Below are positions 1 to 7,672 of a stretch of 64,000 bases of DNA, piece after piece. A program made the position numbers and the translations under genes. The notes under the pieces were generated by a model. That model had not been told where the DNA came from. It saw only the letters and a list, made by a program, of their open reading frames with translations, and did no database searches. The number at the start of each line of letters is the position of its first letter. Position 1 is the first letter of the stretch. Origin of the DNA: Nitrospirota bacterium (GTDB taxonomy: Bacteria > Nitrospirota > Thermodesulfovibrionia > Thermodesulfovibrionales > JdFR-85); contig JAYWMQ010000017.1 of the NCBI GenBank assembly GCA_035873375.1, forward strand, positions 728 through 64,727, written 5' to 3'.

Positions 1-416
1 CCATCCCAGAAGGCATTCATATATTTAACACCGAAGTGTACATTGAGGATCAGGTTCATGCCGAGGTTATCGATAGAATTCCTGTTTAATACATTCTTGT
101 AGTAGTCCCGAACAGTTGCACTGTAGTCGTAGGTGTCGTTCACAGCATCGTCACCGGTAACGGGATCGCCCTCACCCCTGACGAGTTTAACTCTTTGTGT
201 CCATTTATTCTGACAGTCATAAACCTGCCGGGATGCTGTACCTGGAGGTGCAGTAGTAACCCCTGTAAACACTTCCATATCCACAACCTTGGCACTTCTT
301 TTTTCACGGCTCAGTTCGCTTTGATGAATGGCTAAACGGGCTCCCTCAATCCCAGCCCTCACCAGGTTCTCAAGGACAAATGGGGGAACATAGCTACATT
401 TACATTCCTTAAACAT
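1..416 (-). CDS. M4 (thermolysin-family) protealysin-like metalloprotease, N-terminal ~138 codons only; gene runs off the window start
   Basis: Not in ORF track (edge-truncated). Own reverse-strand translation from ATG at 414-416: MFKECKCSYVPPFVLENLVRAGIEG...VRGEGDPVTGDDAVNDTYDYSATVRDYYKNVLNRNSIDNLGMNLILNVHFGVKYMNAFWDG. The C-x-x-x-PP-x-x-L start and the Y-x-NAFW-x-G block are typical of protealysin-like M4 peptidases. AAGGAGGG Shine-Dalgarno lies just upstream (419-426 on plus strand). Confidence 0.8.
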   Translation of the reverse strand, partial: MFKECKCSYVPPFVLENLVRAGIEGARLAIHQSELSREKRSAKVVDMEVFTGVTTAPPGTASRQVYDCQNKWTQRVKLVRGEGDPVTGDDAVNDTYDYSATVRDYYKNVLNRNSIDNLGMNLILNVHFGVKYMNAFWD

Positions 417-495
417 GATACCCTCCTTTTTTGAATGTTTGAATTTCTTGAAAACTCCTCTAAAACAGTTCTATGATTCAATTAAGATAGAAGGA

Positions 496-512
496 AGCAA
501 TAGATATGCCAA
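496..512 (-). promoter_or_regulatory. sigma54 (-24/-12) promoter candidate for the M4 protease gene
   Basis: Reverse strand reads TTGGCAT-ATCTA-TTGCT (TGGCAT = 506-511, TTGC = 497-500). GG and GC are at canonical spacing, about 80 nt upstream of the ATG at 416. A sigma54 activator gene lies immediately upstream. Confidence 0.6.
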
Positions 513-683
513 ACCGTGATGATTTGTAACGTATTGATTTGCAAGGTATTTTTTAAGAGTGTTTAATAGGGAGAGTAATTTCCTGGTGACTCCAGCGTTA
601 CTTTTTTATGACGCAGAGAGGAGGCTAAACCCTTAACCGTGGTTTTTTGAGTGCGTCAACCATCGCTAAACAGTTAGCCTGTA

Positions 684-1745
684 TCAGTAGCGGAAATGTT
701 TTGGGGAGAGGTTGTGCTTCCTGAGCAGGTTCCAGAGGGCTGTACGACTCTTTCCTGACTTTCTGGCAGCACTGACCATATCTCCTCTGTGTTCTGTCAG
801 GAGATTGGACAGGTAGTTTTTTTCAAAAGCATTAATGGCCCTTTCCTTAGCCACCTTAAAATATTCTGTCTCTATTTCCTTAGCAGTTGCTTCGCTTGCA
901 GGTAGTTGGATATCTCCAGCACTTATTACTGAGGAGGTGGACATCACAATTAGCTGCTGGACCTTGTTCTCAAGTTCTCTGATATTTCCTGGCCATGGAT
1001 ATGAGATAAACATGTCCATGGCATCGTCTGTTATTTCCTTTATCTCTTTGTTGTATTCCCTTGAGTATTTCCTTGTAAAGTGCTCAACCAGAATTGGAAC
1101 GTCTTCCTTTCTCTTGCGCAGAGGGGGTATAAATATGGAAACTATATTCAACCTGTAGAAGAGGTCCTCCCTGAAAGTTCCCTCTTTAACAAGTCCTGCA
1201 AGGTCTTTGTTTGTTGCAGCAATTATTCTAATATCAGCCTTTTGGAACTTGGAGTCTCCAAGAGGTTTATACTCACTATCCTGCAGCAAACGGAGAAATT
1301 TTATCTGGATGTAGGGACTGACCGAACCTATCTCGTCCAGAAACAGCGTACCGCACTCAGCCTCCTTCACAAGTCCAACCTGTTGAAGACCAGCATCTGT
1401 AAAGGCACCCTTTGCATGACCAAAGAGTTCGTTTTCAAAAAGGTTTTCCGGAATAGCACCGCAATTTAGAGGAATAAAGGGCTTGCCAGCCCTGCAGCTC
1501 AGATAATGAATAGCCCTGGCTGCCAGTTCTTTTCCTGTTCCGGTCTCGCCGGATATCAAGACATTGACATCACATGCGGATATACGATCTATCTTTTCAT
1601 GGAGTTCCTGTACTACCCTGCTTCTGCCCAGGATCTGTCTTAGTCCAAACTCTCGCTTAAGGGCCTTTTTTGCAGACTCACATTCCCTGTCAAGTGCATC
1701 TCTGCTGTTAAAAGTTGTATCCTTGCTTTGAGATAGTGTATGCAT
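684..1745 (-). CDS. sigma54-dependent transcriptional activator (AAA+ plus Fis-type HTH) with no N-terminal sensory/receiver domain (PspF-like architecture)
   Basis: ORF 684..1862. Walker A GETGTGKE, a GAFTGA-type loop (GAFTDA), ESELFGH-like ENELFGH, and a C-terminal HTH. The likely true start is the ATG at 1745 (MHTLSQ...), leaving only ~50 aa before the AAA+ core. Confidence 0.9.
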   Translation of the reverse strand: MHTLSQSKDTTFNSRDALDRECESAKKALKREFGLRQILGRSRVVQELHEKIDRISACDVNVLISGETGTGKELAARAIHYLSCRAGKPFIPLNCGAIPENLFENELFGHAKGAFTDAGLQQVGLVKEAECGTLFLDEIGSVSPYIQIKFLRLLQDSEYKPLGDSKFQKADIRIIAATNKDLAGLVKEGTFREDLFYRLNIVSIFIPPLRKRKEDVPILVEHFTRKYSREYNKEIKEITDDAMDMFISYPWPGNIRELENKVQQLIVMSTSSVISAGDIQLPASEATAKEIETEYFKVAKERAINAFEKNYLSNLLTEHRGDMVSAARKSGKSRTALWNLLRKHNLSPKHFRY

Positions 1746-1959
1746 GTTTGCCGCTACTCTACAAGTTAAGTGTACGCCCGGTATGAGCGTAAACAGTGGT
1801 GAAACAGCAGGTGAAAACAGGTCCCATCTACATGCTCCCTGACAGTAAAAATATATTAGCACAAGTATTAGCCAAAGGCAAGGGTAAAATTACCAGCAGA
1901 AAAACTGGTTACAGGGCAGGATTTAAGATGAATTCATCACAGTAAATGATGCTTTTGCG

Positions 1960-2940
1960 CTATTCGTGACTGACCCAATTGCGGGACACTCCAGGCAGAG
2001 GAAAACGGTTAATTGTCCCGGTCTCTCTCTCCACCTTCTCAAAAACCTCTTCGGGCGAAAACAGGCCGGTTATATCTACCCACTGGATACCTTCTTCCTT
2101 TTTAAACCATGTAGACTGTCTCTTTGCATACCTCTTTGTTGCACGCTTTACAATCAGTTTCGTTTCATCAAGCCCCAGCTTCCCCCTCAGGTATCCTAAA
2201 ACCTCCTTATACCCGATAGCCTGAAGTGGGGTCTCCGAGGGATTCATTCCGAGGAGCCTTGCAACCTCATCAACCAATCCGCGGGCAAACATCTCTTCAA
2301 CCCTCTCCTCAATCAACCTGTAAAGCTCCTTTCTGTCCCTCGTAAGCCCTATCTTTATATACTCGTAGGGCAGGGGAGAGGTAAACTCCCTCTGGAGCTC
2401 GGATATAGGTCTGCCAGCCTTTAAGGAGACCTCAAGGGCACGGATAATCCTTCTCTTGTCTGCAGGCTCAATAGTGCAGGCCCGCTGAGGGTCTATCTTC
2501 AACAGCTCCTGATACAGTCTCCCCGGAATCCTGCTCTCAAGCCTGAGCAAGGCAGCCCTTAACTCAGGATCAGCTTCCGGTGCAGAAAATAGCCCTCTTG
2601 TAAGGGTCTTTATGTAAAGCCCTGTGCCGCCAATAACAATCGGGAGCTTTCCCCTGCTGTGAAGCCCTTTGATCAGGGGGGAGACGTCCCTCAAATACCT
2701 GCCTGCACTATAGGTCTCTGAGGGATCAACAATGTCTATCATATGATGTCTGACCCGCGCTTTCTGTTCCGGGGAAGGCTTTGCAGTACCAAGGTCCATT
2801 CCCCTGTAAATCTGCATTGAATCAGCGCTTATAATCTCTGTCCGGAGTGCCTCAGCCAAGAGCAGTGAAAAGCCTGTCTTGCCCACTCCCGTAGGACCGG
2901 TGATTATGATCACCCTCTTTTTTCCACCATCCTGTTCCAT
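1960..2940 (-). CDS. miaA: tRNA dimethylallyltransferase
   Basis: 326 aa. P-loop GPTGVGKT near the N-terminus; SADSMQIYRGMDLGTAKP and IVGGTGLY blocks are typical of MiaA. Confidence 0.95.
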   Translation of the reverse strand: MEQDGGKKRVIIITGPTGVGKTGFSLLLAEALRTEIISADSMQIYRGMDLGTAKPSPEQKARVRHHMIDIVDPSETYSAGRYLRDVSPLIKGLHSRGKLPIVIGGTGLYIKTLTRGLFSAPEADPELRAALLRLESRIPGRLYQELLKIDPQRACTIEPADKRRIIRALEVSLKAGRPISELQREFTSPLPYEYIKIGLTRDRKELYRLIEERVEEMFARGLVDEVARLLGMNPSETPLQAIGYKEVLGYLRGKLGLDETKLIVKRATKRYAKRQSTWFKKEEGIQWVDITGLFSPEEVFEKVERETGTINRFPLPGVSRNWVSHE

Positions 2941-3000
2941 ACATTAATTTTAACCTAAAGGGTGTATTTAAAGACGAAGAACTCCAAAATGGTAATAGAA

Positions 3001-3146
3001 GAAAGGGAATGAGGTATAGAGTTTTCACTCATTCTCGTCCCGGCGTCCGGCCGGGACTCCGATCCCGAAGTACTTCGACTCACCTTCCGGGTGAGACAAA
3101 AGTGATAATTTGAAACCGTTCAAACTCTATACCCGCATTCCCTTTC
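3001..3146. repeat. 146-bp element bounded by 24/25-bp terminal inverted repeats with three internal GC-rich hairpins (MITE-like element or structured RNA)
   Basis: GAAAGGGAATGAGGTATAGAGTTT (3001-3024) pairs with AAACTCTATACCCGCATTCCCTTTC (3122-3146). Internal stems are GTCCCGGC/GCCGGGAC, CGAAG/CTTCG and CTCACC/GGTGAG. AGAA sits on both flanks (2997-3000 and 3147-3150). Confidence 0.6.
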
Positions 3147-3288
3147 AGAAATTGACGGGATTTCTCCCGGCAGTTCTGGAAGAGGTATCCCTGGTTGAAA
3201 CAATAACGCCTATTGTTATAAAATTTCATAACTGAATGTTCTGCTTCATCACCAAAAAAACTATCAATTATCAGGGAGGTGTTAGAGA

Positions 3289-3765
3289 ATGAGTAATGCC
3301 GAGGAGATCGAGACACTTGAGAATTCACTGGAAGGGTACAAGGAGAAGGTTGCCCCGGTTACAAAGGCAACTCTCACCTGGGACAAGGACCTTATCTTTG
3401 TCGGAAGAACCCAGCGGGGCTATGAGATAGATTTTGACGCCAGGGTAGAGTGGGGCTGCATGCCTACAGAGAGTCTGCTGCTGAGCCTTGCCGGCTGTAT
3501 GGGCATTGACATGGTCTCTTTTCTCCAGAAGATGAAGTGCAGGATTGAAAGCTTCAAGATCGACCTGGAGGGAGAGAGAAACCCAACCCCGCCTCAGTAC
3601 TTCAAGACAATCAGGATGACTGTTCACCTGTCAGGGGATGGCATAACAGAGAAAAAGGTGCAGAGGGCGATCTCTTTATCCCATGAAAAGTATTGTTCCG
3701 TCTATCATACACTAAGGGAAGACCTGAAGGTCTTCGTGGATTACAGAATTAATGAAACCAAATGA
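3289..3765 (+). CDS. OsmC/Ohr-family protein (putative peroxiredoxin-like)
   Basis: 158 aa. Size and two-Cys layout (LAGCMGID ... HEKYCSVYHTL) are typical of the OsmC family. GGGAGG RBS precedes the ATG. Confidence 0.8.
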   Translation: MSNAEEIETLENSLEGYKEKVAPVTKATLTWDKDLIFVGRTQRGYEIDFDARVEWGCMPTESLLLSLAGCMGIDMVSFLQKMKCRIESFKIDLEGERNPTPPQYFKTIRMTVHLSGDGITEKKVQRAISLSHEKYCSVYHTLREDLKVFVDYRINETK

Positions 3766-4441
3766 CAGCCCCTCCCATTATCTCGGACACAGGAGTCGCC
3801 TCCAGAAGAGATTCGTTGAAAACGGCATAAAGGGCCTTCAGGACTACGAGGCCCTTGAGTTGCTGCTCACCTATGGTGTTGCACGGAAGGACAGAAAAGC
3901 TGTTGCAAAGGCACTTCTGAAAAGGTTTGACGGGATATCCGGGGTTTTCGGGGCAGAGATTCACGAGCTTAAAGAGATTGACGGAGTAGGAGAGAAGACC
4001 GCAATTCTTATAAATCTCATGCAGTCACTTATGGAACTCTGTGTAAAGGAGCGGACATTTCACAAAGCAAAGATATCTTCTCCGGAGGCAGTGGTAGAGT
4101 ATTGCAGGGTCTCAATGGGGTGGCTGAGGGATGAGCAGTTCAGGGTCATTTATCTAAACTCACAGAATGAAGTCCTGTCGGAAGAGGTTATTCAGGAGGG
4201 AACGGTTGACCAGGCTGTTGTATATCCGAGAAAGGTACTGGAATACGCCCTGAAACACAAGGCCGTCAGCATTATACTCGTACATAATCATCCGGGAGGT
4301 CTTCTGAAACCATCAAGGAGTGATATCGAACTGACAAAACGCCTTAAGAACACATCCGAGGAGATGGGGATCAGGGTCCACGACCACTTTATTATTACAC
4401 GAGACGGACACTTCAGTTTTTATGAAAACGGCCTGCTGTAG
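3752..4441 (+). CDS. radC: RadC-family JAB/MPN domain protein
   Basis: 229 aa. N-terminal HhH-like region and a C-terminal JAMM motif HNHPGG...PSRSDIELT. Confidence 0.9.
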   Translation: MKPNDSPSHYLGHRSRLQKRFVENGIKGLQDYEALELLLTYGVARKDRKAVAKALLKRFDGISGVFGAEIHELKEIDGVGEKTAILINLMQSLMELCVKERTFHKAKISSPEAVVEYCRVSMGWLRDEQFRVIYLNSQNEVLSEEVIQEGTVDQAVVYPRKVLEYALKHKAVSIILVHNHPGGLLKPSRSDIELTKRLKNTSEEMGIRVHDHFIITRDGHFSFYENGLL

Positions 4442-4465
4442 CAGACATTACAGATTACCAGGTGC

Positions 4466-5827
4466 TTACAGTATTACCTTTTTAATCATTCTTCTTGGCT
4501 CCGGCGGTTCCACCCCTACCTCAAAAGCCTCCTCCATAAGCTGAAATGCCTCAGCCAGGTTGGTTTCGTCATTATAGTGGAGTACGGCAAGGGTGTCTCC
4601 CTCCTGCACAACGGCTCCGGATTTCCTGTTCAGCAAAATACCTGCTCCATGGTCAATCCTGTCTTCAAGCCTCTGCCTGCCTGCCCCAACGAGCATGGAG
4701 GCAATGCCCACCTTTTCGGCATCCACCCTTTGTATGTATCCACCTGAAGCAGCCTGAACCGGCTTTATGTGAGCAGCCCCCGGCAATAAGGCAGGGTTTG
4801 CAACTATCTCGGAATTGCCTCCCTGACGCTCTACAAACTCCATAAAGCTTTCAAGGGCCTTACCCGAGTCTATCAGCTCTTCAAGCTCCGCCCGTTTCTC
4901 TGAAAGCGCGCCTTCATCTATATCCTTAATCCGCGGAACCACTATCCTGGGATTGTCAACAGCCTTTTCCACCCAGTCAGCGAGATAAAGCATCCATGCC
5001 CCGAGCGTAAGCGTCACTTCGATGAGGTCCTTGTCCGCCCTGCCTTTCAGTGCATTTATACACTCCTTGATTTCAAGTGAATTACCCACGGTCCTGCCAA
5101 GAGGTTCATCCATGTCTGTAATCAGAGCCACTGTCCTGACCCCAAAGGAGTTACCTGTATTGGTAAGGGTGCCGGCAAGTGCCTCAGCATCTTTCATGGT
5201 CTTCATAAAAGCCCCGGAACCCACCTTTACATCAAGCACCAGCCCGTTAAGGCCCTCTGCCAGTTTTTTTGACATAATGCTTGATGCAATAAGAGGGATG
5301 CTCTCTACAGTTGCCGTAACGTCTCTCAGCGCATAAAGCTTTTTATCTGCCGGGGCAATATCCTCTGTCTGCCCCATCATTGCAACTCCTGTTTCCCAAA
5401 GGATATTTCTGAAGTCAGCAATACTCATCTCTGTCCTGAAACCAGGAATGGATTCAAGCTTATCGAGTGTGCCCCCCGTGTGACCGAGTCCCCTGCCGGG
5501 TATCATTGGCACGGTAACACCGGCAGCCGCAATAAGGGGTGCAAGGATGATGCTTACCTTGTCGCCAACCCCGCCGGTTGAGTGTTTGTCTATCCTGGGG
5601 TCATCCATCTCGGTAAGGTCGAGTATCTGTCCTGTATGGAGCATTACGTCTGTAAGAGTAATGGTCTCCTCAACATTGAGCCCCCTGAGGAATGCCGCCA
5701 TTAAAAATGCCGATACCTGGTAATCGGGCACCTCTTCAGAGAGGTATCCCTTTATGAGGAACTGAAACTCCTCTTTGTTCAGGCACCCCCCGTCCCGTTT
5801 CTTTTTAATGATGTCATATGCACGCAT
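4466..5827 (-). CDS. thymidine / pyrimidine-nucleoside phosphorylase
   Basis: 453 aa. N-terminal MRAYDIIKKKRDG, plus KHSTGGVGDK and GRGLGHTGGTLDKLESIPG signature blocks. Confidence 0.93.
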   Translation of the reverse strand: MRAYDIIKKKRDGGCLNKEEFQFLIKGYLSEEVPDYQVSAFLMAAFLRGLNVEETITLTDVMLHTGQILDLTEMDDPRIDKHSTGGVGDKVSIILAPLIAAAGVTVPMIPGRGLGHTGGTLDKLESIPGFRTEMSIADFRNILWETGVAMMGQTEDIAPADKKLYALRDVTATVESIPLIASSIMSKKLAEGLNGLVLDVKVGSGAFMKTMKDAEALAGTLTNTGNSFGVRTVALITDMDEPLGRTVGNSLEIKECINALKGRADKDLIEVTLTLGAWMLYLADWVEKAVDNPRIVVPRIKDIDEGALSEKRAELEELIDSGKALESFMEFVERQGGNSEIVANPALLPGAAHIKPVQAASGGYIQRVDAEKVGIASMLVGAGRQRLEDRIDHGAGILLNRKSGAVVQEGDTLAVLHYNDETNLAEAFQLMEEAFEVGVEPPEPRRMIKKVIL

Positions 5828-5986
5828 GGTAAATATGTTAACATACGGGGCTTAAAGAGCGCACGTTTTTGCGCCTCATAAATTAATCAACCCGAGCAGA
5901 ATGCTGGCATAATAATTGCTTCTAAATTATTACTATTAAATTTTTTGTTCTGACAGCCGATAAAAGAATTAAGGAGCGTGTTTATT

Positions 5987-6127
5987 ATGGTCTTACGTGA
6001 GGCAAAAGAGATTGTGGGAATCCTGATGGAGAGTAACGTTTACTTTGAACTCAGTCTCCGGGAGAGACTCCGCCTCATAAAACACATACTCAGCACATCC
6101 CGGACTGAAACCCAACGGCCTGCCTGA
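5987..6127 (+). CDS. hypothetical 46-aa protein
   Basis: Own read: MVLREAKEIVGILMESNVYFELSLRERLRLIKHILSTSRTETQRPA. AAGGAG lies 10 nt upstream of the ATG. No recognisable family; below the ORF-track length cutoff. Confidence 0.3.
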   Translation: MVLREAKEIVGILMESNVYFELSLRERLRLIKHILSTSRTETQRPA

Positions 6128-6130
6128 ATC

Positions 6131-6586
6131 CTACATCCCGAATTCCCTGTCTATTGTTGCCTTGACATCTTCGATTTTTTTACCTTCCTTGTAAGTCTGG
6201 GAAGCCCTCAAGGCCTCCTGCTGACAGAGTAGTCAACCCGCCCCGTGATTTCCTGTAAAGCAGCTCAGAAGGCTCTTGTGATAGAAAGGGGGCTCACTAC
6301 AGTTGCAGTAGCAGTAGACCTGGTCCAAAACCTCCGGATTTTCCCGGGCTGCTGCATAAGCTGAACGGGTCAGACCTGTAAACATTGCAGGATCTATCAC
6401 AGGACGTGTCTCTCCCCCTTTGACAAAGAAGGACTTTCCGTCGTTTTTTTGCGAGTTGGTAAAAGGAATTTTACCGGAGACAGCAAGTACAAGGATGAGC
6501 ACTGAAAGGGCAAAGACAATCCAGATAACAGGGGGTTTGCCCTTCTTCTCTGAAACTTTCTGCTTCTTCTTTCCCTTGTTAGCCAT
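6131..6586 (-). CDS. membrane-anchored CYCxC/PCYCGC-motif protein, probable selenoprotein (in-frame TGA at 6233-6235 read as Sec; 151 aa)
   Basis: The track ORF 6233..6586 ends ...YCYCNCSEPPFYHKSLLSCFTGNHGAG-TGA. The same frame continues LLCQQEALRASQTYKEGKKIEDVKATIDREFGM to TAG at 6131-6133. This creates a U-x-x-C pair where the family carries C-x-x-C. There is an N-terminal TM helix. Confidence 0.6.
6200..6218 (-). promoter_or_regulatory. SECIS-like hairpin downstream of the in-frame UGA
   Basis: The mRNA reads GGAGGCC-UUGAG-GGCUUCC (7 pairs including one G-U). It starts 15 nt after the UGA and has G residues in the apical loop. Confidence 0.45.
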
Positions 6587-6746
6587 TCCCCCCTCAACCC
6601 CTTTTCAAATTTAAACAAATACTACCAAATATATTTACACAAAAAGATGAAGAAAATATGAAAATCGCCCCCAAAACCTTTTATAACAAAACACAGACTT
6701 CCTGAATATTCAGAAGGATATGTATTTGCCTAAAAAATTACTGAAA

Positions 6747-7526
6747 TCAGAAGCTTACACCTGCCTCTATGAATGGTCCTTTAAATTCCATAGATGCCCT
6801 TACGTCATTATGGTCTATCTTGATCTTTTCATATCTGTATCCGCCGGCAATAAAGACAGGGCCTACGGGTTTTACCTTCATCCTGGCTATGAGGTCATAA
6901 TAACTGTTTGAACCGTATGTAATTCCCCTTATCTCCGCCTCAATGCTGAACAAATCAACAGGTTTTAACTGGACTGCGGCATAGATCATGGGGATCGGAA
7001 GGGTATAGCTTGCAGATTCCGACTGATCTCCCTGGGAGATCTTTGCTTCAAAGTCAATAATCCTCAGGTTTAAACCCAATTCCACATTGAGACTGCCGGC
7101 AGTGGCAGTATTGAGAAAGGGCAGGGAGTAATAAACCGCAATGTCATAGTGGTCTGCCTTCAGTACTGAATTAAACGGAACCGTTGGATCAAACGTTTTA
7201 TTTCCGAATGTAAAGCTCAAATCCTTGGACCCCTGGCCTTCATACTTCATCGGGGTTGCCATGAAGTAGATATTCGGAAGAAAGAGCGGCAGGTCAGCCT
7301 TTACCCGGAGATAGGGTCTGGCCTTGCTGTCATACTTGAGGTTTTCCTTAAGATCAAGGTTGTTTTCAACCAAGTCATTACTACTGTACTGCAGATCACC
7401 TGATGGGGCCTGATTCCAGTATCCTACTGCTGCCTCAAGACCAAGTGCATAAGTTCTACCTGGCGTGATAAGGAGTAGAACCGTAAAGACCACCGTCAAG
7501 GGGATTAAAAAACCAAATTTTTTCAC
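6747..7526 (-). CDS. outer-membrane beta-barrel protein (unknown family)
   Basis: 259 aa. Signal peptide, alternating amphipathic strands, and a C-terminal ...GVSF aromatic terminus. Confidence 0.75.
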   Translation of the reverse strand: MKKFGFLIPLTVVFTVLLLITPGRTYALGLEAAVGYWNQAPSGDLQYSSNDLVENNLDLKENLKYDSKARPYLRVKADLPLFLPNIYFMATPMKYEGQGSKDLSFTFGNKTFDPTVPFNSVLKADHYDIAVYYSLPFLNTATAGSLNVELGLNLRIIDFEAKISQGDQSESASYTLPIPMIYAAVQLKPVDLFSIEAEIRGITYGSNSYYDLIARMKVKPVGPVFIAGGYRYEKIKIDHNDVRASMEFKGPFIEAGVSF

Positions 7527-7672
7527 CTGAAACCTCCTTGGAAATTAAAAATATCTTTTAGACCAACACATGGTCATAATATGCATCCAAGTGTTAAAAT
7601 AGACCAGCCTATCAGAAAACTTACGCTAAGTATAGCATTTTTAACTGATTTAGACAATGAAAAATTCTTTTT

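Noticed and set aside
609-658. TGACGCA/TGCGTCA inverted repeat as a defined activator UAS or terminator
   Set aside because: It is a 7-bp stem with a 36-nt loop, has no U tract, and occurs only once. That is not enough to assign a function, so it is mentioned only within the protease-promoter finding.
3080-3328. 82-aa minus-strand ORF spanning the inverted-repeat element and the OsmC start
   Set aside because: It crosses the MITE-like element and the divergent promoter region. It has no RBS and no recognisable family, so it is likely spurious.
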